Assembly: GCF_036321535.1 (NCBI RefSeq)
Contig: NC_087441.1
Span: forward strand, 40,672,001 to 40,736,000
Direction of reading: 5' to 3'
Length of the DNA stretch: 64,000 nucleotides
Source: Camelus dromedarius
Lineage: Eukaryota
Shown: positions 34,569-45,970 of the stretch, in pieces
Numbering within the stretch: the stretch's first letter is position 1
Layout of the letters: each line of letters opens with the position of its first letter
Made by a program: the position numbers and the translations under genes
The notes under the pieces: model-generated
Seen by the model: only the letters and a program-made list of their open reading frames with translations
Database searches by the model: none
What the model was told of the DNA's origin: nothing

Positions 34569-36829
34569 TTCTTACTGTTGTATTTGTTATTATTTGACTT
34601 CACACAAAAAAACCTTTTAGTATGCAGTGTCAGGGTAAAGTTCACTTTTTGAGACAATGTGAATCACAATCTCAGATTTTGCTCTTGTTTTATCGAAGTT
34701 CAGAAGTAAATTTATAACGTATTCAAAATAACTTACTCATGCCAGTTTCAGATACATCTATTTATTGACTACTTTTGATAGATTTTTATTCTGAATTTTA
34801 TCCTCCATTGTCTCATTTATACATGCAATTTGGAAAATATTGGAATATAAAGAGAAATTTAAGAAAAGAAAGAAGAAAAAAGAGGAGAAAGGGGCTTCTC
34901 TTATACTCTGTATTGCTTCATTTCTACCTCTCCCCCTCCCCCACTTAATATTAGATTCTTTTTTATTAAACGTTTATTTTAGATTTATTTCAGTTCTTGT
35001 TTCTGATTATTTGCTAACTCATTTATAAGAGATTTTTATATTTCCTGTTAGCTGAGCTCTTCAACTTTTCTTAGGAAATTCACCAACCATGATTTAAGAA
35101 AAATATATGTATTTTTGAAATTCTTGCTACAATTCTACAATTCCCCCTTGATTAAGAAACAAAGTTGCCCATGTGAGAAATAGCTGAAATGCAAACCAAT
35201 GCCTGAAATCCTAAGCATCTGTCATGATATTTATTAAAACCACTGATTGTTTTCACCATCCAATGTGTCTTCAATGTAGAAGAGTTCTTTTCCAATTAAC
35301 AGCAAGTGGACCTTGATTTAACTCTGTTTTCAACCTCGGAAGTTGAATTTCTCTTTACCTGAGGTGTCTCCAGTTCATCTCAAAAAGGAATTTCAAATAT
35401 GTCATAACCTACTGTAAAAGTTGGATGAACCCCCTTTTTTCTTGCATAGTTACTGAAAAATATCTATCCTTATTCTCTCTCTCCTTGAGGTGGTCTTCAA
35501 GGGCCCCGTAGGTGAATTTTGTAGATGCTGCCCCACTTTTTTACATCAGACCATTCCAAATACCCTACAAATTTGATGACAACTCACATACCCATTTTCT
35601 CATGATGCATTAATAAACCAGCAGACAGATTTCACTTTTATGTAGTTTTGAAAGGTTAGGTAAATGGAGGTAATGTCTCCCCCACACACAGAATATTTAG
35701 ATATGATTGCTTCTAACTCAAGCTGTCAGAAGCTCAAAAAGAATCAAGAGATTAATAAATGCAGTTTGCATGTCCTTTGACATCATGATAGGTTCTTCTC
35801 TTTTGACAAGCTTGATAATGGATTTTGGAATGCATGGGGGGAAATTGCTGACATTTAAAAAATCTATACTACTAACTCTCATAAATGCAGTTTTCAAATA
35901 TACAGTTGTTCTACCTGCCACAACAGCATTTAACATTTATAAAAATTTAAAGCATTAAAAATACCTTCCTCTTTTCTTTGAACAGCCCAACTTAGTAGAC
36001 ACACACATATACATTAAGTCTTCATTTATGTTTGCATTATTGAGAGTGCATAATGTTATAATCACGCTAAAGGAAGAATCTTGAATTCCCATTTATTTCC
36101 GTTGAGCTCATGTTTCAATCTCAGCCTAACCAACTCCTATCCGTGTTTTATGACTGAAAAAGACTAAAAGGGATGATGTAAAAGCCTGCATTTCTGTGCA
36201 TAACAAGTAAAGTGTTTGTGCTTAGGCTTCTTTGAGGTCAATGACTTCAGTATTAACCCAATGACAGAAACACTGGCAGGTCTAAATACATTTGAAAATG
36301 GAGGAGAGAGGACTCGTTCAAGATCCCTATGGCTCCAGCCCCTGCCCAGCTCATAAAAGTGAGAACAGTGTGCAGAGTCCCAGATTCCAGTAGCGAGACC
36401 TCAGGTATCCATGTTCTCTTGACGCTCTACAGGCAGTACTGTTGGAGAGGTCTGGTCAGGTGAGGCGCAGGGCCCCCATGCACCCTGAGGGCAGGACTTA
36501 CAACACTTTCCTGCACTGAGCTGTTATAAAGGGAGCAGGAATCCCAGGCTCCAGTCCAAGTGACTCCTGCCATAGAGCTCCATATTGACCAGGGGATTCT
36601 GGTGCCACTCAGCTCTGCAACAGGAATACAGGATTCCTTATTGTAGAACTTCAGGAAATGTGCTTTGCCACTGCCAAGGTTCCTGGATCCCTGTGACCCC
36701 TCCTTTCTGAGTGGCGGTGTCCGACTGTCATTTAAACTTGCTCAGCCTAAACTGACACTTTTAGAACTGTAACTCTAAGCCAACACTACTGCCAACTTAG
36801 TGGTTCTGTTTGGAGCTTCACAGGCACCA

Positions 36830-36965
36830 GTCATCTCACCTACTCCTCGCAAGCTCATCTGAGGAGATGCTGAGTGCCCTCAGCCTACAGATGAGGAAAC
36901 TGACACTCAGGAGTTAGATAGCTTCCCAAGTCCTAGAGCATGTAAGTGACAGAGTCAGACTTTGT
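36830..36965 (-). mobile_element. MIR core
   Basis: 'ctacagatgaggaaactgacactcaggagttagatagcttcccaagtcctagagcatgtaagtgacagagtcagac'. Confidence 0.8.
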
Positions 36966-37429
36966 ACACACATAAGGCTGAGCATTGACTATACATGCTG
37001 ATTCACTTCCCCAGACCATTTTTACTAGAGAGACAGACTGGACTCTGACATGGAAATAGAACCAGGTCAAGGTAGTACACTTATGTGTTATTAATAAAAA
37101 TGTCCTATTAAAACAAGATTTCCCAATAGTGTCCCCAAATATTATATGTGAACTTAACACATACACACACACATAGATTTAGCTTCATAAGTTAGCCTCA
37201 CGCTTCTAGACCTTCCTATGACCCTCCACTGCTCAGTCAAAATCCTAAATCCATTCCTGCTGATGTACACAATCTTTTTTTTCTGAAGGCATCTAGTTTC
37301 AGAAATCCAACTAAGCCTACTTCGCTTCAGCCCACACAGATTTGTGCCTTCATCATCCGCTACAATGAAGTCAAGAAACACCCAACCTGGCCCCCTACCA
37401 ATGGGCAGAGGTTTGAAAAGACAATACAT

Positions 37430-37895
37430 CCACCCTGACATGCTTTCTCCCTCTCTGGACTATGGCAACAGTCTTATGAATTCTCATATCCATTCTGTGG
37501 AATTCCTGTCATATGTTTCCCACAATGCAGTGAGAATATTCTTTTCAAAACACAAATCTGATTCTGTCGTCTTTTGTCGTAGAACAGTTTTCCCTCCCCT
37601 CTTTCCCTGGTCCATTTACCTTATCCTTCAGGTCAGATTTCAACAACTCCAACAATTGCTTCCTGGAGAAACCACCCCTCAGCCTTTCTGATCTGGTTAA
37701 ATTTTAAATTGATTCTTTAAATTATCAAACTAAAATTATTTAAAATACTGTATGTTCTTATCGTACCATGAGTCTCTCCTTCAAGGTCGTGTCACACTTA
37801 CAATTTTATGTTTACAACAGTGTACTTCTATTTCTCAGCAACTCTCTAGCTCCCAGTACAATGCATGGCACAGCATCTGTTGACTGAAGATGAGA
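37430..37895 (+). mobile_element. L2 3' fragments
   Basis: 'ctctggactatggcaacagtc...cacaatgcagtgagaatattcttttcaaaacacaaatctgat' and 'tctctagctcccagtacaatgcatggcacag'. Confidence 0.7.
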
Positions 37896-38571
37896 GATCT
37901 GGTGAAGTGAAGGGGGCATCAATTTGCATTCACACCTGGACACAGTGAAATTTGACTCCAGTGACCCACACAAACAGTCCATTAAAGTAAAAGGTCGGTA
38001 AAACCTTTACAAATGGTGACTTTTTTTTTTTTTCAAAATTATAAGGACCATAGTTCATTAATAATCCTGGAAAGATTTGTATGAGATAAATTATAAGTGA
38101 AAAAGTTGTATCTCTTAGTTATGAGACATTGCTTTGATAGTTCCTATTTTAAAGTTCTGTTCCAAACTAATTACACTGTGCTTAGGAAAACTATTCCTCC
38201 TTGACTATAAACTAGTATGTTACTTCTTTCTTCCAAGGAACTATGAATGAATGGCTATCTTGCCTTAAAGGCATTTATCTGAAATATCAAATGGAGGAAT
38301 ATTCCTGACTATTTTACTGCTTGATCTCCAACCTGAGATAAATCACCAAACACTGTTCTTTTGCTGGATTCCTGCATTACAAAGCCACAAGCCAGCATCA
38401 AATTTGGCTCCAGTGTTCTTGCAACAGTCAAGGCACACATCCTAGTGACTTTTTTGTTTCTCCTCGTTTTCCCCTTTAACATGGTGATAATCAGAACAAA
38501 TTGATTTTGTTTCTCAGTTTGCTAAAATCCTCCCAACACTTTCTTCAACACCAGTACTGAATAAATCATTG

Positions 38572-38839
38572 NNNNNNNNNNNNNNNNNNNNNNNNNNNNN
38601 NNNNNNNNNNNNNNNNNNNNNNNNNNNNNNNNNNNNNNNNNNNNNNNNNNNNNNNNNNNNNNNNNNNNNNNNNNNNNNNNNNNNNNNNNNNNNNNNNNNN
38701 NNNNNNNNNNNNNNNNNNNNNNNNNNNNNNNNNNNNNNNNNNNNNNNNNNNNNNNNNNNNNNNNNNNNNNNNNNNNNNNNNNNNNNNNNNNNNNNNNNNN
38801 NNNNNNNNNNNNNNNNNNNNNNNNNNNNNNNNNNNNNNN
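38572..38839. other. N run, 268 nt
   Basis: Directly seen; flanks are not recognisable repeats. Confidence 0.98.
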
Positions 38840-40116
38840 TAAAGGAAAAACTCTTCGCCACCATTTGAGTTAAAAAAGAGCATCTTCATTCATGCATGTT
38901 ATTAAAACTACTGGCCTGAAAGCCCCTGTAGAAAGATAAAGGATATGGATGGGATATTAAAACAGCAATCTTTACCTTATCTGGGATTTAAACTTAATAT
39001 GTTGCTTTTATTAATTTAGCAAGAACCATTAGTTAGGATGTCAAAGAGTGGATTTACAATTAAAATGCTATAGAATGGTGGTATCTTTAATAAACAATGG
39101 ACCAGGAATTCTTCATTAATCTTCCAAGCATGAGGCACACCCTTACAAAGAATAAATCCTGAATTTACAGTTTCCTTTATTGTTAAGTTTTCTGTGCAGC
39201 AGCAATAAAAGTCATAGCTGATAACTCCCCTGATTATCTCTTGAAGCTTCCCCTGCGATGCGGTAATGACCAATCAGATCCCAGCAGTTGGCCAGATACA
39301 AAATCGCATTCACCATCTTAAAAATATGCCTTTTGAGCTGAGAATGGTTTCCATATATCTGACGCAGTGGGCTATTGTTTGAGAAATGATATTGTAGACA
39401 GATTATACAAACACATAAGCAAACCCAATAGGGTGCCTTAGCACTAAACTATTTTCTTTTTATAGCCTTTTGATTTTTACCACATTCAGTGGGAAATTGC
39501 CTTGTCTCTTTTAATACATGATAAGTAGAACTACTTAAGGAATAATGAGTAAGAGATGCCTTTTCGAATACAATATATTATCTTTTTCTTTAAAAGTTAT
39601 CTCAGAATTTAGTTAAACTTCACCCTCACTTCAATCACTTTTTTATCTCTCTTCCTCTGTTTTAATGGACTGTGAATAATTTCTGCCCAGATGAACTACC
39701 TCAGCAAACTTTTGGTAGAGAAATAGCATAGAGCATAGAGCATGTAAACTAAAATCACGTTCCTAGGAGGAAGATTCTACCCAGTACCACCTTGGAGCCC
39801 CCCTCTTAGCGCTACCATCAGGTCCTTGGTGATGTAGTAGAAACGGCCTTCTAATGAGTCCCTTTGGGAACCTCAGCTGGGAACCTTTTTGGAGACAACA
39901 GAAATGGGCTCACCCTTATGATACTGGATTCTGAATTCCTCTAACTAGCCTCGTAACACATGTCTCATCCATCAGCTTCAAATATTAACATGGAACCTAA
40001 AATGTTATTTTTATTAAACACCAGAATGACTCTTTATTAAACCATATTCAAATCATAACAGATTCCTTAATAAGTGCTCCTATATCTATTTCATTAATCT
40101 GTTATTTTTAGTTGAT

Positions 40117-40256
40117 TAGTAGAACCATTTCTATGTGTCCTGGTTTACCTGGAACAGTCCCAATCAAGTCCTGTCACTTATAGTAATTATTAATTAAGAA
40201 ACTCTTTCACTTTTAGAAGTGTCCTGGCTTAAAGGATAAATTATATTCCTACTCTA
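40117..40256 (+). mobile_element. MER94-like hAT-Blackjack MITE
   Basis: 'gtgtcctggtttacctggaacagtccc...taattattaattaagaaactctttcacttttagaagtgtcctggcttaaaggataaattatat'. Confidence 0.75.
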
Positions 40257-42198
40257 TTTATAAGTAAATAGAAATATAAAACTTTATTTAAAAGTAAATC
40301 TGAAATATATAACTTTTAGTTCATTTGTAACAGAATCTAGAGTCATTTTCGTCACAGTTCAGGTTAAAGTTAAAAGAACAAAGATTTTGCTTTCAAAATA
40401 AATTTCAACTACTCTGCCACCCATAAACTCCTTGATGCTTTCAGATTATCGAAGTCATAAATGAACTTGGTTAAAAAGATTGTAATGACTAAAATAATAA
40501 GTGAAAATTCTCCAAGAACTTGCTCCACAAAGGCAAGCATTGTTAGCAGGTCTTTGTCTGCAGTTACAAAAATAGAGGTATGTTGTTTTTCAAAATAGGA
40601 TCATAATATTTTAAAACTGATCTTTTCACTCAGTTGCAGAAACCAGAAAGAAAAGATGATGTTTGTCTTAGCAAACGATCTTATTTCTTTATCACATCTC
40701 CTAATTCCCTTGATAAAAGGCAAAGATGAAAATAGCATATGTTGACAGAAAGCAAAAGAAACCGGGACAGCACATGGCAACCCCAGCAGTACCTGTATCT
40801 CTCCCAAGCTGCCTCTTTTGTGTCCAGGTTCCTGGCCTCCTATAAGTTCTTTTACTTAAATTCTTAACCAGTATTACCAGTATAAAACAGCACACCAAAA
40901 CTAAAACTAAGAAAGACCAAAAAAAGTAAAATTAACATGAATAGTTTAATTTTTTTTAAAAAACCTCCCAAATCAACAGTCATGTTTAAACTGAAAAGAT
41001 CTATTTATTGCATGAATGTTATGTGCCAATGCATATTATGAATAATTAATATAGATTTCCTAATGTTTATGATAAAGACAATTATATTGTGAAAATATAA
41101 AGAAGCAATTTAAGAAATTAACACAAATAAAAATTAAAATTATCTTTATTAATATCATTTCATCATTGGTTCGTACATTTTTGCCATGACAGAAGTCATA
41201 TGTAATATGAGAGAGGACTATGTGAAATTATTTCTTATGTGAGCTTTGGAATTTTCTTCTCTCATAAAAGTTCTCGCTAGTTAGAACTGGAATTTTCCAT
41301 TCTAACCAGCATGCTGGCACAAATAACCTCAAACATCATGTGTGTTGGATAGTAAAATAATTCTAATATTAAATTAGATAATAAAAATATTTTCTACAAT
41401 CATTGATGTTAGCAACATAGAAACATAGACACTTACAGTCTTATTGTCCTAAAATTAAAATGGAAGAGCAACTATTTTAAAAGTTGGGTTCTTTCCCTAA
41501 GAAATTATATCTTAAAAGTTCTTTTTAAAGAATCAATGTCTCTCACTCTTGAAAGAAGCACAAAGCGAGAAGCTTGTTCTTTGACTCTAATGGATAGGAA
41601 TGTCAGTAAACAGAAGATATATTCTTCTAGAAGAAAGCAGTTGAAAAATGATTCGAAAACCATCTCCACATATCAAAAGACATAAGGAGAGGGGAAAAAG
41701 AAGTGAAAGTGAGATCATCTGTACATCATGTGTCCCACTGAGAGATACAGTTCCTGGCCTCCAAAAGGGTAAGAAATTAACTGGGAAAGAAAAAGTATCC
41801 GTCGCCTTTGAATTAGCAGAGCTTATCTTCTCTTTTCTCATTCATTTCTTAATAAATCCACATTGCTACTCCACTACACACACACAAAAGGAAAGCCCCA
41901 CAATACTTCATCAGAAAACTGGGAAAATGTATATCCCTTAGATGAGCCTACAGAAGTGGAAAGAAGTCAGGAAATGAAAAGGAGAGAGAGCTCGCTTTAT
42001 CTTCATAGTTTTAAAAGAGTTACAGAAAACTAAAGAGCATTGTTTGTATGTGGTCACCACTCCTTAGCCTTTGCAAAATAGATGAAAGAACACTGAAACA
42101 GGAAATACTCTTCACCTTTATTACGTGTTAAGTTGGTTTCAAATAAACAGTGGGCACATCAGCTAAATTGCTCCTCTCTTGGGGGACACAGTATCTAA

Positions 42199-42199
<1 letters not shown>

Positions 42200-42234
<35 letters not shown>

Positions 42235-42265
42235 ACACACATACACACACGTGCACACATACACA
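42200..42265 (+). repeat. (CA)n microsatellite with interrupted extension
   Basis: About 16 perfect CA units, then gtacacacatacacacacgtgcacacatacaca. Confidence 0.95.
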
Positions 42266-43982
42266 AAAAAAGCCAAAGCTGAAAGAACATCAGATATTTC
42301 CATTCTACAGTGAAAAGTCCAGGTCAGTGTCAAGCATCCTTAGAAATGTTTAAAATGAAAAATGGCGAAGTTCGGAATCTCATGTATATCATCCTTCTTA
42401 AGAAAGCACTCCTCTCACCTTTCTTCCCTTAATTAACATGTTAACCGAGACTGAACATATTGAAGGACTAGTTCACTGAAGGACATTCTCTTTAATAAGA
42501 CTAGACATCATCCTTCAACGGTCTTGACCTAATCTGGAAATTGACAGGTACCATGTGCCTGCTGGCCATTGTAGAAAAAGGGCCCCCACCCCAAGCTGCA
42601 GCTCAGCCACGTTCGTCCTCCTCTCCTTTGTGTGGTGGCCATCGAGACAAATTATTTGAACAGCGGTATCTCAAACAGATGGCTTGGAGACAAGTTAGAA
42701 ATGAAAAAATCCATGAGAAGAAAATTGCAAGTCAATCCCAGACATCAATACACAGGCAATGGATTGCTCACCAGCCCTACACTCTAGCTACAGGATGGAA
42801 AGGTGGAGTTCTTCTACACATGTGTCAGCCAGACTTCTTCGGTTCCTGCCAAACTCCTGCTGGCTGCCTTGCATGGCTATCCCAACTCTGTGAGTGGCCA
42901 GGGGCAATGTGCCTCCATTCTTCCTTTCCAAGCAGCCAGTTCTTCAGGTAGAATCAATCCTAGGTAGCATTAGATGAGAGAAATATTGTCTTGCAGTTCC
43001 CTTCCCTTTTTCTAGACCTAGACCTGTTTTCTTCCTTGTCCTTAGCAGCATGCCCTGTTTTTCTTTACCATCCAGTGTTGGCTGTGGCAGACATGGGAAT
43101 GCGCCTTGCAGAACTCCAACCACAGGAGCATAAGTGACCAAGGGACCAGCTGCTGTGCTCTGACTCCACCCCTGTGCTGTCTGAGCCCAAGCCACCCACG
43201 GGCAGCTTCCAGGCAGTGACTGAGTGCCGCAGGGGTACTAAGCAGGGCTCATTTTTGAGAGGTACAAACTCCTCTGACAGAAAGGAGCCTTTGACCCAGA
43301 AACTGTGCATAGACCTTGCCTAAACTTTCTTAGAACAATACTGTACTCTATAACTTTTCTTGCCCAAACTTTCTTCCTTCCCTCTCTCTTTCACAGGGGC
43401 TAAACCTGCATTATAACTTGACAGCTTTCCCAACCCCCTTCTACTTTCCCTGCAATCAAAATTCTGTGTTTGCTTCTTGGAGGACCCCAAAAAACACAGC
43501 GGCTCTGCCTCTTTACTTATCCTGACCTGTTGTGATATATTCCCGGGAAGGTCTGCTGAGTGATAAGCAGCTTGTCTGAAAAACGTATGCAAGTAAAGGG
43601 GGCCTAGTGTGTAGACTTAAGGAAGTCTAGAGTCAGTCATATGGCAAAATGTGTTAGTGCACATGAACAATGGTACAGAGCAGAGAATCAAAGGATGTGA
43701 TTCAGAGTCAGAAGCTCTGGTGGAGCTGCTCATCTTCAGATGCTAGGAGAGAGCAGATGCACAAAATTCCTTAAAGGCATTGAGGAAGAAACAAACTAAG
43801 TGGCAAAATAAATGAAACATGCAGAAAATACACCTATGGGAAAAATCTCTTTCCCACTGAGACATCCTTTTGTGTCAACTGCCTGGAACTGCACAGGAGA
43901 TACACACCGTTCTGCTCACCGAGATCTGGATGGTAACTGGGAAAGGGAACAAAGTTCTCAGAGAAAAGATATTGCCTTAAAA

Positions 43983-44106
43983 CCGAGGTCAGCAAACTTT
44001 TTCTGAAATGGGCCAGTTAAAATGTAAACTCATTCTTAGTTTGGGTCCCATACGAAAATAGAAAGAGAGTCAGATTTGGTCCAGGGGCCATGGTTTGCAA
44101 CCCCTG
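43983..44106 (+). mobile_element. MER58A (internally deleted)
   Basis: TIRs 'ccgaggtcagcaaact' and 'ggtttgcaacccctg'; internal 'tcagatttggtccaggggccatggtttgc'. Confidence 0.8.
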
Positions 44107-44599
44107 GTTTAGAGCAGTGGTGAGTGGTCCTATCTGTCCAAGAGCCAGTTTAGGAAACATAAGAATGCCATATTTTTATTTCATTCAAGATGAAACTGAC
44201 TTCATAGCATCCTAGCAGAGAAGTGTGTATTGTTACAATTTAAATTATTGACTTCATTGAATAGGAATTGAATTGAACATCGCAGAGAGACTCTGCCTTC
44301 TTTTTAAGTCACTAATAATGTTCATTTTCTTAGTATATTTGAGAAGTAGCAGTAATAAGGAAGCTTTCTGATCTTTTAGGCATAAATTGCATTCTGAGCC
44401 ACATTATGCAACTAAATGGCTCCTTGTAACTAAAGATGATAGATTCTGCTTCCATGTTCTGGAACCTCTCAGTGGAGCACATGTATCCAGAGTCTGGCTG
44501 GCTCTATCACTTTGTTCAATTTTCAGGGAGGAGTCTAACCTTCGCCTTCTCTGATACTTTGGTCTCCACGACTGGAAATTTGCCACATACCATTTTTTT

Positions 44600-44778
44600 A
44601 ATCATTAGTAATAATGATGATATGGTTATTTATTAAGGACTTACTTCTTTGTGCTTAACCTTGTTACACATACTACGTCATCTAATTTGACACCATGAGG
44701 CTGATGCTTTTATGGATGATGAAACTGGGACTCAGGGAGGTGATACGATTTGACCAAGGTCACAGAATTAATCTACCT
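44600..44778 (-). mobile_element. MIR, left piece
   Basis: 'gatgatgaaactgggactcagggaggtgatacgatttgaccaaggtcacag'. Confidence 0.8.
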
Positions 44779-45320
44779 GTAGTAGAATATTTCTACCTTT
44801 GCCAACATAGTACTCTTTCCTTTTCTTCTGGTGGTAGAGCCATTTTTCTACTGTCCATTCCACACTAGAGGATTCTAGTAGCTCTGTCACTTATATGACC
44901 CAGATTTTCACTGAATCAGCCCAGCACGTGTGGGTGAGTCACCAGAATGGATAATCAGGATGGATATAGTTATTGGTCTAAGAGTAATCATGTGATCCTT
45001 GCAGGACCAGATGCAAGGACCATGGATATGGATGCTGAGAGAGAACGGATCTCTCTGCTTTTATGATAGTGTATGAGTCATATGCATTTAGGGTACCAGG
45101 GGCCTTCTTTATCATTACACAAACACAGTGATGCCAGTATGGAGGAAAGCAGAGTTGAGAGATGGAAAGTCAATCATGTGACACCTTCTGAATCCAGGTG
45201 TAGCTGAAGTTTATGCCAATTCTTGGACTTGTCAGTAGCAAAAGCCAATAAATATCTACATTTGTTTAAACCAGAGTTGGATTTCTATTAATGCAATAGG
45301 AGAAATCTTGATTAATACAA
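44779..45320 (+). mobile_element. MLT1J-type solo LTR inserted in MIR
   Basis: Starts 'tgtagtagaatatt', ends 'gccaataaatatctacatttgtttaaaccagagttggatttctatt...cttgattaataca'; MIR resumes 'ctagagccagaatttgaccc'. Confidence 0.8.
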
Positions 45321-45529
45321 TACTAGAGCCAGAATTTGACCCAATATCTCTGATTAAATAAACATAGTAATTATTTGAAGTCTTCATCAATGACTAATTA
45401 GAGATGGTAGTCATATCATTCTTAATAGTTAAGGTAAAATGTATAAATAGTAGCCAAAAGCCCCGTGCATAGCCTAATCATGGTAATTAGTATTTTTGTT
45501 TATAATTACCTTCATATGTTTTTCCACAA

Positions 45530-45970
45530 ATATATTGATGACAGGTACTGTATCTTATCCACCCATGGAATCCTTCTCCTGAGCCTAGTCCTTAGGATGT
45601 AGAAGGTGCTCAGTAAATACTTTTTGAGTAAACAAATATTTATAGTACTTCATCAATAAGAGAAGTCTACCTCTTACATCAAGTTAACTTGGAATACTCT
45701 TCCTAAGTTAGTTGCATGTCCTAATCTCTCACTTTATTTAGATCTTTGCTTAAATATCTGACCTTATCAGAGAGGTTTTCCAACAGAGGTTTCTAATAGT
45801 GTTCCTGCTCATCACTCTTCTCCCCTCTTACTTTAGCTTTCTTAATAATAGCTATCACCGACTGAAATACTTAAAGAGTTTATACCTTGTCACTTTCATT
45901 AGACTGTAAACTTCTCGACAGTAGGGCCTCATATATAAAAGGCTCTCAAAAATGATTGAAGGATTGAATA
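45530..45970 (+). mobile_element. Two L2 3'-end fragments
   Basis: 'gtagaaggtgctcagtaaatacttttgag' and 'ggaatactcttcct...tttagatctttgcttaaatatctgaccttatcagagagg...tagactgtaaacttctcgacagtagggcc'. Confidence 0.7.

Noticed and set aside
38514-38889. ORFs of 99-116 aa
   Set aside because: Artefacts of reading through the N run
42541-42951. 136-aa plus-strand ORF
   Set aside because: No recognisable domain, non-ATG start, no convincing splice sites; consistent with locally higher GC
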